From: Nitrospirales bacterium
GTDB lineage: Bacteria; Nitrospirota; Nitrospiria; Nitrospirales; UBA8639
Direction of reading: 5' to 3'
Assembly: GCA_963555755.3 (NCBI GenBank)
Contig: OY820905.2
Span: forward strand, 2,272,001-2,336,000
Length of the DNA: 64,000 nt
This document shows, one piece after another, positions 10,016 to 20,199 of this stretch (positions within the stretch are counted from its first letter, which is position 1; each line of letters opens with the position of its first letter). The position numbers and the translations under genes are program-made. The notes below the pieces were generated by a model, which was given only the letters and a program-made list of their open reading frames with translations, had not been told where the DNA came from and did not search any database.

Positions 10016-12460
10016 ATGGCAAAGATGTCCAGACGGGGCGGATTCACCAAGAAGTTAATTCTTTCGATGCTCTTGGTGGGTCTTCTGCCGTTAATTATTG
10101 GCCTGGCTTTCGCGTTTTTTATGGGGACGCAAGAAATTCGTGAGGTCAATGGTGTCAATTTTCAGGCTCTTGCGGTTGAGACGGCCAGAAGAGTGGATTT
10201 GGTGTTAGCGGACCAACAATCGAATAATCAAGGAATCGCCAAATTTCCGGAAATTATCCAAGAGCTGGAGAAAATTCGAGATCACATACAGGGTGAAAGC
10301 CCTGCCCGCCTTCACGCCCGTCTTGCGAAAGAAGAAGCGGCCTGGCTAGCCCCAGATTCGGAATTTCCAACCACAATGAGAGAGAACCGGCTCAGCGATA
10401 TTCTGACCCGCAGTGTGCTTGGGGGCCATAGAGGCTTTACCTCAACCACAGCTATGGTGGCACGCTCCGCGACGCGCGCCCTCTTTGTCACGGATGTCCT
10501 TGGTCGTGTCGTCGGGACCACGAATGCCAAGGTCTCCTATCTTCATCAAGAAACAGACTGGTGGAAAGGCGCGTTTCACCAAGGAGTTGGGAAACCCTAT
10601 ATCGGCAATTTAGTGTTTGATGAACGTCTCCAAGCCTACATGTTTTCCATTTCGGTGCCGGTGATGGATAGTCTTCAATACCAAGCCATTGGCGTTTTGC
10701 ATCGCGTCTATGATGCCAAAGAGTTTTTTGCTCCCGCTATCGATCTGATTCACTTTGGGAAAACCGGCCACGTGATGCTGATTGATAGTGAGGGACACGT
10801 AGTGAGCTGTCCGATTTTACCCACGGGCGAACACATAGCGGACCGTCAATTAATCCCCCTAGTCACACCTCTGGAGCCCGGGTGGGTCTTAGGCCCAAGC
10901 GATGGACATGGCGGAACCAGTCACTCGATCATTGGATTTTCAGCCTTGCCCACGATGACTCGAGTCATGATGGACTCCACAAACACGGCGTGGCACCTGT
11001 TTGTCTGGCAGTCTTCAGAGGAATTGTTTGCGCCCGTCTATCACTTACGGAATTGGATCATCACCTTTGGCGCTATTTCCTTCGGGCTGTTACTGATCCT
11101 TGGTATTATTGTTTCAAAACGAGTGGTTCGTCCCCTTCGTCGTTTGCAGGATGCCGCCAAACGTATTGCCAACCGTGAGCTCATGGAACCGATTGTGATT
11201 AAAACGGGGGATGAAATTGAAGATTTGGCCGAAGAACTGAATCAGATGAATGCGCAACTCCAGGCTTCCATTTCCGGATTAGTCACCGAAGTCGAGACGA
11301 AGACCCAGGAAGTCGAATTTCTCCGTGAATCCACGACACAGATTCTCGATGGAATCCCTGATCCGGTTATTATGGTAGATGAGCATCTCGAGGTGCAGTA
11401 TATGAACCTGGCTTTTAAGCATGCGGTTGGTCTGACCAATGACCGAAGTGACACACAAAATTTGGTACAATTGATTTCTCCTAACTCGCAAGAACACCAA
11501 CAGCTCAGCCACCAAGTCCGGAGCTTGCTGGATCATTCGCCCACGGGCATATCAGGAAATGGGGGAGGAGCGTCCATCCCTTCTGGCCAATTGAATGATC
11601 CCCTACTCCAACACGACACGGATTTCCCCTCGGCCAATGACCAACTTCTCACGATCGACAATCGGATTTTCCGCTATAACGGGTTTCCCATCCCCTCTCG
11701 CCCAGGAAAAAACCCAACATGCGGACTCGTGTTACGAGATGCCACCGACGAAAAACGGCTCCAGGACGCACTCATCAATAGTGAGAAGTCGACGAGTTTG
11801 GGAGTCTTGTGTTCAGGTATTGGGCATGAACTCAATAATCCATTGGTCGGCGTCATTGGATTAGCCGAAGCGATTCAAGTGGAAGAAGATGGGAATACGA
11901 CCAAGGATTATGCGAAAGCGATCGTGCAGCAGGGCCAACGCATGGCCCAAGTCATACGAGATCTGACCGGGCAAGTCCGTGGCCAGGCCAAAGCGGCCCC
12001 GATAGCTCTGGATCTGAATGAACAGTTAGATCTGATTGTGGAATATATGCATGTACAAGAGGAGTATCCTCATGTCACCATTCAGAAAGAGTACCACGAC
12101 CTTCCCACGTTTTACGGGCTAGCCGAAGAAGTGCGCCTGGTGTTGTATCATGTGATCAAAAATGCGATTCAGGGGATGCATGAAAAAGGCCGGCTGACCT
12201 TAGGAACCCAGACCATTCATGCCGGGGCTATTGAACTACACATTGACGATACAGGAACAGGGATTCCACCTAATTTTCTGCCCAAAGTATTTGACCCATT
12301 TTTTACCACAAAATCTATGGGAGAGGGCAGTGGGCTGGGGTTAACCATTGTTCAGCGGATTGTCAAAAAATATAGGGGCCGGGTGGAAATTGACAGTCAA
12401 GAAGGGGAAGGTACTCAATGCCGCATCATCTTCCCAAGTAAAGACCTTTCTCATGTTTAG
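10016..12460 (+). CDS. Membrane sensor histidine kinase (Cache, HAMP, PAS-like, HisKA, HATPase)
   Basis: Two TM segments, HAMP TGDEIEDLA, GHELNNPL, DTGTGI, GSGLGL. Confidence 0.93.
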   Translation: MAKMSRRGGFTKKLILSMLLVGLLPLIIGLAFAFFMGTQEIREVNGVNFQALAVETARRVDLVLADQQSNNQGIAKFPEIIQELEKIRDHIQGESPARLHARLAKEEAAWLAPDSEFPTTMRENRLSDILTRSVLGGHRGFTSTTAMVARSATRALFVTDVLGRVVGTTNAKVSYLHQETDWWKGAFHQGVGKPYIGNLVFDERLQAYMFSISVPVMDSLQYQAIGVLHRVYDAKEFFAPAIDLIHFGKTGHVMLIDSEGHVVSCPILPTGEHIADRQLIPLVTPLEPGWVLGPSDGHGGTSHSIIGFSALPTMTRVMMDSTNTAWHLFVWQSSEELFAPVYHLRNWIITFGAISFGLLLILGIIVSKRVVRPLRRLQDAAKRIANRELMEPIVIKTGDEIEDLAEELNQMNAQLQASISGLVTEVETKTQEVEFLRESTTQILDGIPDPVIMVDEHLEVQYMNLAFKHAVGLTNDRSDTQNLVQLISPNSQEHQQLSHQVRSLLDHSPTGISGNGGGASIPSGQLNDPLLQHDTDFPSANDQLLTIDNRIFRYNGFPIPSRPGKNPTCGLVLRDATDEKRLQDALINSEKSTSLGVLCSGIGHELNNPLVGVIGLAEAIQVEEDGNTTKDYAKAIVQQGQRMAQVIRDLTGQVRGQAKAAPIALDLNEQLDLIVEYMHVQEEYPHVTIQKEYHDLPTFYGLAEEVRLVLYHVIKNAIQGMHEKGRLTLGTQTIHAGAIELHIDDTGTGIPPNFLPKVFDPFFTTKSMGEGSGLGLTIVQRIVKKYRGRVEIDSQEGEGTQCRIIFPSKDLSHV

Positions 12461-12617
12461 GGCTCGCGCAAGAATACATTCCCATGTTTGGGTGCTGAGA
12501 CGCCTGTCTGGCAAGGCGCGAGGACTGCGCATACTCCTCGTATGGAAAGGACGAGCAACGCCGCCAGACGGGATGGATCGACGCCCAAACATGGGAAGGT
12601 ATTCTTGCGCGAGCCCT
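12459..12617. mobile_element. MITE family B (AGGG(C/T)TCGCGCAAGAATA...TATTCTTGCGCGA(G/A)CCCT), ~159 bp
   Basis: ~35-bp TIRs; copies at 13360-13517, 14890-15296, 18744-18902 and half copies at 60330-60380 and 61498-61549. Confidence 0.85.
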
Positions 12618-12631
12618 TAGGAGGTAGTGAT

Positions 12632-13231
12632 ATGAAATTCCTCATGAAAAATCGATGGCTCAGCCTGTTCGCAGTGATGGTCCTGTTGCCTTGTTGGGTC
12701 AACACCGTCACGGTTGATGCAAACGATCGAAAACACCTTCCCGGTATTCCCCCTGATGTCGTTGCGTCGTACCTTCATTCAATCATCAAAGCCGATCGAA
12801 CGATTTATTCGACCTTTATTGTCAATCGTCTTCATGAAAAAGGAATATTGAGCGCAGACGAGGCGTGGGAACAAAAGAATGCGCTTCCCCTTCCTGCTCA
12901 ATTCCTTCAACAGTCTGGACGGTTAGTGGCCGAAAATGGGACAGGAATTCGGTTCCGGTTAATCAGCTTGTGGCCCATCTATGAACGAAATGGGCCTGTG
13001 ACCGACTTTGAGCGGACAGGATTACAAACCGTGGCCAAACACCCGGATCAACCGTATGAAGGGGTGGTGCAAAGTGGCAAGTTATCCTATTTTCAAGCTA
13101 TTTATGCTGACAAAGCTGTCACGAAGGCCTGCGTCGACTGTCATAATACCCACCCGCTTAGCCCAAAACGAAATTTCAAACTCAACGATGTCATGGGAGC
13201 TATCGTTATTACGATACCCCTAGGCGATTGA
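12632..13231 (+). CDS. DUF3365/Tll0287-like periplasmic c-type heme protein
   Basis: Signal peptide, LPLPAQF, RLISLWPI, CVDCH heme motif, GAIVITIP; GGAGG RBS before ATG 12632. The longer ORF is MITE read-through. Confidence 0.85.
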   Translation: MKFLMKNRWLSLFAVMVLLPCWVNTVTVDANDRKHLPGIPPDVVASYLHSIIKADRTIYSTFIVNRLHEKGILSADEAWEQKNALPLPAQFLQQSGRLVAENGTGIRFRLISLWPIYERNGPVTDFERTGLQTVAKHPDQPYEGVVQSGKLSYFQAIYADKAVTKACVDCHNTHPLSPKRNFKLNDVMGAIVITIPLGD

Positions 13232-13359
13232 CACTGGCAGAGAAGTTTTTTGGCTCCATATGTGAGGAAAACCATGATGGGGGGACTACAAAAAGATGCG
13301 GGTGATCCTGACTTACAGTATTAATTCTTGCCTTGGCGTTATGCCAAAGAGATACCTTT

Positions 13360-13517
13360 AGGGTTCGCGCAAGAATAACTTCCCCAGTTTGGGTGCTGAG
13401 ACACCTGTCTGGCAAGGCGCGAGGACTGCGCATACTCCTGTATGGAAAGGACGATCAACGCCGTCAGACAGGATGGATCGACGCCCAAACTGGGGAAGTT
13501 ATTCTTGCGCGAACCCT
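13360..13517. mobile_element. MITE family B copy
   Basis: Same TIRs and internal sequence as 12459-12617. Confidence 0.85.
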
Positions 13518-13728
13518 AAGTATGGGACTTCGCATAGTCAATTACTACCCCAACGGTCTGAATATTTGTCGCGGCATCTTCTTGGATATCCATGTCAAAT
13601 TCTTCTTCCAATACCATCACCAGTTCGACTGTGTCTAACGAATCTGCGCCCAGGTTCTCAACAAATCTGGGACCCTCAGTGAGCTCCTCGACAGAGGTCC
13701 CAACTTGATCAGCGATGATCTTTTTTAG
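13516..13728 (-). pseudogene. acpP: Acyl carrier protein remnant lacking a start codon
   Basis: LKKIIADQVGTSVEELTEGPRFVENLGADSLDTVELVMVLEEEFDMDIQEDAATNIQTVGVVIDYAKSHT*; no in-frame ATG/GTG/TTG upstream before a stop. Confidence 0.8.
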
Positions 13729-13754
13729 TGGATAAAAGGGGAGGAAGTGAACGG

Positions 13755-13828
13755 TGGCTGGGGGACCAGGAATCGAACCTGGGTTCTTAGAACCAAAATC
13801 TAATGTCTTGCCCCTAGACGATCCCCCA
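13755..13828 (-). tRNA. tRNA-Gln(UUG)
   Basis: TGGGGGA...TCCCCCA-G-CCA acceptor, TTAGA-TTTTGGT-TCTAA anticodon arm, GGTTCGATTCC T-arm, encoded CCA. Confidence 0.92.
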
Positions 13829-13887
13829 ACCAGGGCGATACTTTATCGAGCTGTCCCCTATTCAGTCAAGAGTCAGTCTCCAAGAAT

Positions 13888-13975
13888 CGTGATGGGTAAT
13901 GCGTGATGCGTGATGTGTAAAGAGTGAAGAAGTTTTTCCGCGTTCCGCTTCACGCTTCACGCATGACGCGTCACG
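13888..13975. repeat. Inverted arrays of heptamer repeats (CGTGATG...TCACGC)
   Basis: Similar arrays at 29094-29182 and 53448-53521. Confidence 0.7.
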
Positions 13976-14108
13976 TCCGAAAGCAAAGGGGGTGTTGAAA
14001 AAGGCCTCCAGCAAGGCGGCAGGACCTTTGGTGCGCGGAGCGTACATGGAGTACGTGAGCACAACAAAGGTCCGAGAACGCCGCTGGTGGACTTTTTCAA
14101 CGCGCGCC

Positions 14109-14768
14109 CTAATAGATGCGTCCGGTCACCACCCAATGCCGATCATCGGGCACATCGATCAGTAACCGGCTGAGATTGAGTTCCGCGAGATGTGACGCCA
14201 CTTCATCTTCGGTAAACGCAGCCAGCAACGAATTGTAAAAATCTCGACGAAGCTGTTCCGGTTCATTTGCCGCGTACTGATCAACTACAGCTTGAGCCTC
14301 ATCAAGAGTCTCCGGTCGCAGTAAATCCATGATCAGAACCGGCGACCCTGGTTTGGCCAATTGCTTCAGGGCATACCAAAACTGTAAGGGGTTAGGCACA
14401 TGATGGACTAAACTATTCGAAATGATGGCATCGGCTGGTTCCTGTAGCTGAACATCCTGAAATCTTTGACAGACGACAGTAACACGATCGCCGACCTTGG
14501 CTTCATCAACGGCGACCTGAGCCAGGTTGATCATCGGGCTGGAGGCATCGACAGCCATGAGGCTGAGTGACGGGCATGCCCGGACTAATCGAATAGGAAT
14601 ATCCGCGGGGCCACAGCCAAGGTCGAGAACCAGCCCCTCCCTGAAATCCGGAAACACTTCTAAAAAATAATCGACGAACCATTGATTTTCTTTTGAAAAA
14701 TCGGCCTGTGCATAGGCTCGGGCTTGCTCTTCCCCATCCATGATTTCTCGCTCTAGCAGTCGTTCCAT
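14109..14768 (-). CDS. Class I SAM-dependent methyltransferase
   Basis: VLDLGCGPADI, DAIISNSLVHH, DLLRP; likely start MERLLEREIMD at 14768. Confidence 0.88.
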   Translation of the reverse strand: MERLLEREIMDGEEQARAYAQADFSKENQWFVDYFLEVFPDFREGLVLDLGCGPADIPIRLVRACPSLSLMAVDASSPMINLAQVAVDEAKVGDRVTVVCQRFQDVQLQEPADAIISNSLVHHVPNPLQFWYALKQLAKPGSPVLIMDLLRPETLDEAQAVVDQYAANEPEQLRRDFYNSLLAAFTEDEVASHLAELNLSRLLIDVPDDRHWVVTGRIY

Positions 14769-14889
14769 ATCTTCTGATTCCTCGCTTGTGAAACATTTGC
14801 CAATCACCAATTGAACTATCGATCCTATCTTCCGCCCCAATGCCGGTCAAGAACCACGTATGAAATTCGAAGCCTGTTGTAAGCCAATA

Positions 14890-15296
14890 AGGGTTCGCGC
14901 CAGAATAACTTCCCCTATTTGGGTGCTGAGACACCTGTCTGGCAAGGTCCGAGGACTGCGCATACTCCTCGTATGGGAAGATTGAAAAAGCATGCCCCCC
15001 GCGGAGGCGGGGGGCCGCCAGCGGCGTTCGCGCTCACGTACTCCATGTACGTTCGGCGCGTCAAAATGGCTGCGGCCTTTCCTTCGACTTTGGTCAGGAC
15101 AGGACGGACCCTTCGGAAAGACTCAGGGCATGCTTTTTTGAACATTCCCTCCAGCTAATGATGGCTGTCTCCTCTTGGGCATGTACTGGCCATGGGAGTA
15201 AAATATTCAACCGTCCTCGTATGGAAAGGACGAGCAACGCGGCTAGACGGGATGGATCGACGCCCAAACAGGGGAAGTTATTTTTGCGCAAACCCT
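14890..15296. mobile_element. MITE B with a nested MITE A (14976-15216)
   Basis: 7-bp TSD TCGTATG at 14969-14975 and 15217-15223 inside the B element. Confidence 0.8.
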
Positions 15297-15318
15297 AAGG
15301 TTCAGGCTATGGTCAATG

Positions 15319-15486
15319 TAGGAGCCTGTCCAAGATTAGACTATTCTACTGCGGGTGCGTTGGATTTGGCCAGATCTTCCGATCCTTTTCGTTAAATAGT
15401 CCAAACTATTCGCCTCAAACGATCGAAACTTCTGACTCAAACCAGCACCCCCCTCGCGACGATCGCTAATCTCAGACAGGCTCCTA
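15319..15486. mobile_element. MITE family C (TAGGAGCCTGTC...GACAGGCTCCTA)
   Basis: TIRs; copies at 30462-30627 and 31385-31678 (the latter with a nested A element). Confidence 0.8.
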
Positions 15487-15517
15487 GGAATTATTTCCAA
15501 AGGAGACGAATATAGCA

Positions 15518-16327
15518 ATGGCCACTTACGTCATTGGCGATATCCAAGGGTGCCTGACCTCCTTCCAGAAACTTCTGGACCACATTGCATTCAATCCCCA
15601 CGCTGATCGCCTCTGGTTGGTGGGCGATCTGGTGAACCGCGGGCCCGATTCTCTTGGAGTCTTACGGTTCGTGAAAAACTTGGGGCTGTCCTGTGTGACG
15701 GTGCTTGGCAACCACGATCTGCACCTCCTTGCCGTTCACGCTGGCATTGCCCCTCTTCATACCAAAGATACGCTCCAACCGATTCTCGATGCACCCGATT
15801 GCGAAGAACTCATTGGGTGGTTGAGGTACCAACCAATGCTCTTGTGGGAGTCTCCTTTTGTGTTGGTCCACGCAGGTATTTTGCCGAACTGGTCTTTCAA
15901 GAAAGCATTGGAGTTGGCTCATGAAGTAGAATGCGCCCTCCGATCAGATCAATATCAAGATCCTTTAGCGACTCTGTATCAAAGTACGGCATGCGAATGG
16001 AGAGAAGATCTTTCGACCGACGAACGTTTAGGCTTCACCACCAATGTCCTAACCAGGATGCGCGTATGCTCCCACGAAGGACACATCAACTTATCGTTTA
16101 AAGGTCAAACCAAACACACTCCTCCTGGGTATTCACCCTGGTTTCACCTTCCCCCAACGACTCCAGAACCTGACACCATTATCTTTGGACACTGGGCCGC
16201 CCTTGGCCCATTCATCACCGAGAAACACATTGGCATCGATGGTGGTTGTGTTTGGGGACATGAATTGATCGCTTTGTGTCTTGACGACAAAACGGTCCAT
16301 CGGATTTCTTGTACAGAGGGCTGTTGA
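15518..16327 (+). CDS. apaH: Symmetrical bis(5'-nucleosyl)-tetraphosphatase
   Basis: GDIQG, GDLVNRGP, LGNHD, VHAG, LTRMR, FGHWAALG, DGGCVWG. Confidence 0.95.
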   Translation: MATYVIGDIQGCLTSFQKLLDHIAFNPHADRLWLVGDLVNRGPDSLGVLRFVKNLGLSCVTVLGNHDLHLLAVHAGIAPLHTKDTLQPILDAPDCEELIGWLRYQPMLLWESPFVLVHAGILPNWSFKKALELAHEVECALRSDQYQDPLATLYQSTACEWREDLSTDERLGFTTNVLTRMRVCSHEGHINLSFKGQTKHTPPGYSPWFHLPPTTPEPDTIIFGHWAALGPFITEKHIGIDGGCVWGHELIALCLDDKTVHRISCTEGC

Positions 16328-16676
16328 AAAAGCATGCCCTGAGTCTGGCCGAAGGGGCTGCCAGCGGCGTTCTCGACGCTTTGTCGTGCTCACGTACAAT
16401 GAGTACGCTCCGCGCGCCAAAGCGCCTGCGGCTTTGCCTGTGGAAGGGCGCGTCTTGGCGGGCCTGGGTTGGGCGGGTCAGACAACAGGCCTTTTTGAAC
16501 AGCCCTCTGGCTATTGAGTCGTCATTCAATAAATTAAATTAACCCTATTCCCCGTAGCTTGCTACGGGGTTTCCGAACAAAGGGAAGAGTTTGAGAAACC
16601 GTGGTGTTTCAAAAAGAATAGTACTTCCCCTGAATACCCCGCTGCTTGCGGCGGGGATCTTTTATTCAACAGTCCC
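16318..16676. mobile_element. MITE A inserted at the apaH stop, enclosing IS200/IS605-type hairpins
   Basis: GGGCTGTTGAA...TTCAACAGTCCC with near-TSD GTACAGA/GTACATA; inner hairpins CCCCGTAGCTTGCTACGGGG and CCCCGCTGCTTGCGGCGGGG. Confidence 0.65.
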
Positions 16677-16761
16677 GTACATAGATTGATAATGAGGAGT
16701 AACCAGTGAGGGAGTCAGGAGTAAAAAACAAGGAATCCTAATCTTCACTCTTCCCTCCTAC

Positions 16762-16800
16762 TGTATACTGGTGGATACGCCTCTGTATCTAAAAGATACA
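16762..16800. promoter_or_regulatory. Tandem palindromic activator-like sites (TGTATC-N5/6-GATACA)
   Basis: TGTATACTGGTGGATACG and TGTATCTAAAAGATACA, the second ~139 bp upstream of the sigma54 GG. Confidence 0.6.
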
Positions 16801-16921
16801 GGTCAATGTGTCTTTTTTGGGAGAACCCACATTCTCTCTCTAAATGTCCCACCCTACTCATTTTCGCAACAAAACAACATGTTATGGTGTTTGCGTATTA
16901 ATTTGTTCTCTCATAGGTCAT

Positions 16922-16936
16922 TGGCATGAGCTTTGC
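16922..16936 (+). promoter_or_regulatory. Sigma54 -24/-12 promoter
   Basis: TGGCAT-GAGCT-TTGC. Confidence 0.72.
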
Positions 16937-17105
16937 TTCTATAAATTAATAGGGATGACTCAATTTTCTTGGTGGAGAAAATGCCAATGTTCCTGACACG
17001 GAAGCACATGTCCTTACGTCTGAAAAATGTTGTGGTCTACCGAAGACACAAACATTACCGACGTATTACAGGCAAGGAAATTAAAGTCTTGACATTAGTG
17101 TGTAC

Positions 17106-18191
17106 CTTGCTTATCCTGTTTGCACACCAACGTACTACCTATAGTAGATTGGCCGTAGATACATGAGCGCAATGATCCCAATCCCCGTTGTAATGGCCTC
17201 GATACGTGGGGCCGGGCACCTTCAGGCCGATACCCAATAGGGAAGCGAAAGCCGGCATCGGGTAAAAGCGACGGTTGAACCGGAATACGAATTCATTCAG
17301 AGAGGCCGACAGGTGTTGCGTGCTGACGCTATGGTGAGTTTCCATCAGCCCAGTCGTCAGATTCGAGAAGGCGATGTGGATCATAGGGAGGTGGATATCG
17401 GGTTTCTCGCGATCGCCATTGCGCATCATGGGCTCGTGCGCGTACCCCAATTGTGTCAGATTGTCGTAGCCGCCCCATCCGTCGGTGCGCACCCTGGCGC
17501 CCGTGACTACGCTCTCCTGCACGAACCCCGTGAGCGGTTTGGCCCCGCGGTTTGGCACGAGACACAAGCGCAACCTTCCTGCGTAAACGGCTCGGTGGGG
17601 CTGTTTGCCATCAACGCCGAGCGGCCGAGGGCGAACTTCGATGGCACCAGCAACCATCGATTGATGGTGGACGCCACGTCCTTTGCCCTTGGTGCGCCCA
17701 CCCCCCAGCGTTTCAGCCACCTCGACTGGCCAATCTGCGCCAATCCGGTCTCGGTTGGGGCGAACCATGCCAGCGCGGAGCTTGTGGAGCATCTGGAATG
17801 CGGTCTCGTAGCGAGTCAGTCCAAGCTGGCGCTGAAGCTGCACCACAGACACGCCGGGCGTTTGCATCGTCACCAGATACGCGCCCAAAAACCACGCCTG
17901 CAAGGGCGTCCTTGTCGCAGGCATGACGGTGCCAGCGGTCAGCGCCACATCACTGTGGCAATGTCGGCATCGAATCATCCGTGGTCTCGTGACGATGCGC
18001 TGCGCCTTGCTGCTCACGCCGCACGTTGGGCACGCAAATCCGTCCGGCCACCGGATGGCCGCAAGAGAGGCCGCACACGCCATTTCGCTGGGACACATCT
18101 GTTGCAACTCAAGCAACGACTGGGGGTGGCGAATGTCCATGACGATCATACCCTCCCTATAGCGTGAGGGTGTGTCAACCGGATAAGCAAG
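17106..18191 (-). mobile_element. IS1595-family element, mutated copy 1 (transposase ~18149-17139)
   Basis: IRs CTTGCTTATCC...GGATAAGCAAG; 8-bp TSD GTGTGTAC; RWPDGF Zn-ribbon, TDG, LNEFVFRFNRR; first catalytic D reads as A (VEVAET). Confidence 0.92.
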
Positions 18192-18369
18192 GTGTGTACT
18201 TCTTAGAATTATACCCCTACGTACATAAACAAATTCATCTTTACTGGTGACACACGTCACAGATTTTTCCGACACGTTGGTAGTAAGTAGACATACATGC
18301 ATCTCATACGGCATGAGGCATTGACCCCAATTCACTCCGCACGCTTTAAGACAAGCAGAAGGAGGTTCC

Positions 18370-18744
18370 ATGAGCGTGAATGCTTCGCTAAGGAAGGCAA
18401 GGCTGGAATCCACACGGTCCGTGAGGAAGACCACTACCCCTCGGATACGCATACGGCCAGTTGTGGCATTAGCCCCTAATGGCTCTGTAGACCATTGCTT
18501 GAAATGTCAAGGCTGGATGATTGTCCAAGAAATCGATTTTTCTAAAAAAATCGAAATGCGTTGCCTGAATTGCGGATGGCAACCTCAGTATGGCGAGCGA
18601 GTGATTCAAGAAACGGAGGAAGCACGCTCGATTAGGAGATTTACCTCGGAGCTATTTGGAGGGGTAGCCGGGGATCTTCCAACTACTCCCCTAGAGGCTT
18701 CGTTTCAACAAATTGATTTTTCGAAACGCGCGAAGCGCCGGTAA
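18370..18744 (+). CDS. Small Zn-ribbon protein (CLKC...CLNC)
   Basis: AGGAGG RBS; two CxxC motifs. Confidence 0.75.
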   Translation: MSVNASLRKARLESTRSVRKTTTPRIRIRPVVALAPNGSVDHCLKCQGWMIVQEIDFSKKIEMRCLNCGWQPQYGERVIQETEEARSIRRFTSELFGGVAGDLPTTPLEASFQQIDFSKRAKRR

Positions 18745-18902
18745 GGGCTCGCGCAAGAATAACTTCCCTTGTTTGGGTGTTGAGGCACCTGTCTGGCAAG
18801 GCGCGAGGACTGCGCATACTCCTCGTATGGAAAGGACGAGCAACGCCGCCAGACGGGATGGATCGACGCCCAAACATGGGAAGTTATTCTTGCGCGAGCC
18901 CT
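18744..18902. mobile_element. MITE family B copy at a stop codon
   Basis: TIRs as above; begins within the TAA of the upstream gene. Confidence 0.85.
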
Positions 18903-19016
18903 AAGCACGAGGGAGAACCGTCCGCCTCGTTCTCTTAACGGCACTGGTCTACCCCAGTGGCGTTCTTCTTGTGTCTCAAAATTTTGGGGACAAAGGTCCT
19001 TTCCCATTTTTGTCTC

Positions 19017-19076
19017 AGGGGCTGGGGACACAACATGCCATCGCGAAGCCGGAGGCATGTTGTGTCCCCAGCCCCT
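19017..19076. terminator. Perfect 23-bp inverted repeat (hairpin, possibly a terminator)
   Basis: AGGGGCTGGGGACACAACATGCC...GGCATGTTGTGTCCCCAGCCCCT. Confidence 0.5.
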
Positions 19077-19208
19077 TTCCTCTTGATACTTGAGTGTGTT
19101 GGCTAGTTTTCGCCAATTTGATATTTTTATTCAACAGATCCTTACTGTCATAGCCGATCACGAAGAAGGAATTCGAATTATTTTTACCTCCTTCACTCGG
19201 AGTGACTC

Positions 19209-20177
19209 TTGCTCTATTTTTATCGAATAGGCCTCTCTCCTCCTTCCGCATTCCTTTTCACCCTCAAGCTTGCTGTAATTTTCACACTGACCGCCTATCT
19301 AGGCATGGGCACGCAAGCATCAGCTTGGGGCCAAGACATCGTCATTCTCAAATCCGCCGACGTGGGTCCCTATAACGCGGCGGCTTCCTCCTTCAAAGAG
19401 ACACTCTCTCCCGAGGTCAAGATTTTGGAGTATGACCTCCAGGGAGGCCTTGCCCAAGGACGAAAGCTTGGCCGGAAAATCCGGGCCTCCCCAGCCAAAC
19501 TCGTGGTAGCCATTGGTCTCAAAGCGGCCCTGGCCGCCAAACTGGAAATCCTCGATATCCCCATTATCTCTTGTATGGTGTTGGCTCCTACCAAGTACAA
19601 TCTCACCCGGGACAACATGACAGGCGTCAGCCTTAGAATTCCTATCAAAAACCAGTTTACGTTGCTCCAAAGCCTCGTTCCCGGCTTGAAGCGGATCGGG
19701 GTCCTATTTGATCCCACAAAAACGAAGCACACCGTTCAACAGGCCAAAGCTTTGGCCTCAAAGCAAGGGTTACAGTTGCTTGCCCGGCCCGTGTCCTCTC
19801 CCCAGGATGTTCCAGCCATGTTGCGAGCGCTGCTGCCCAACATTGACGTGTTGTGGCTCATTCCCGACAGCACGGTGCTAACTGAAGATTCTCTGGACTT
19901 TCTGTTGAGTACGACATTAGAAGCACGAATCCCGATATTGGGATTTTCTTCTGGCCTGGTCCGAAGCGGGGTTCTCGCCGGGTTGTATATCAACTATACC
20001 AAGGTTGGTGAGCAGGTCGCTGGACTCGCAGAGAAACTTCTGAAGGGGGAATCTATTCCTCAAGGCACCCTTCTTCCTCCTGAACACGTGAGCTTAGCGA
20101 TTAATCGTCAAATCGCACAGTACTTCGGCATTACCGTTCCCCCACAACTGTTAGCCGATGCTGAAGAGGTGTATTAA
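19209..20177 (+). CDS. ABC-type substrate-binding family protein (orphan, kinase-associated)
   Basis: Signal peptide, KRIGVLFDP, LWLIPDSTV, SLAIN; start uncertain. Confidence 0.85.
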   Translation: MLYFYRIGLSPPSAFLFTLKLAVIFTLTAYLGMGTQASAWGQDIVILKSADVGPYNAAASSFKETLSPEVKILEYDLQGGLAQGRKLGRKIRASPAKLVVAIGLKAALAAKLEILDIPIISCMVLAPTKYNLTRDNMTGVSLRIPIKNQFTLLQSLVPGLKRIGVLFDPTKTKHTVQQAKALASKQGLQLLARPVSSPQDVPAMLRALLPNIDVLWLIPDSTVLTEDSLDFLLSTTLEARIPILGFSSGLVRSGVLAGLYINYTKVGEQVAGLAEKLLKGESIPQGTLLPPEHVSLAINRQIAQYFGITVPPQLLADAEEVY

Positions 20178-20199
20178 CCATGAGACGGTTGCATCAGCC

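Noticed and set aside
17313..18167. 284-aa antisense ORFs inside the IS1595 copies (also 47822-48676)
   Set aside because: Shadow frames of a GC-rich transposase gene with no independent coding evidence.
17089..18210. Sigma70 promoter split by IS1595
   Set aside because: The reconstructed TTGACA-TAGAAT spacing is only 15 bp.
18150..18452. N-terminal extension of the 437-aa IS1595 ORF
   Set aside because: It extends beyond the IR and TSD, so it is read-through from flanking DNA.
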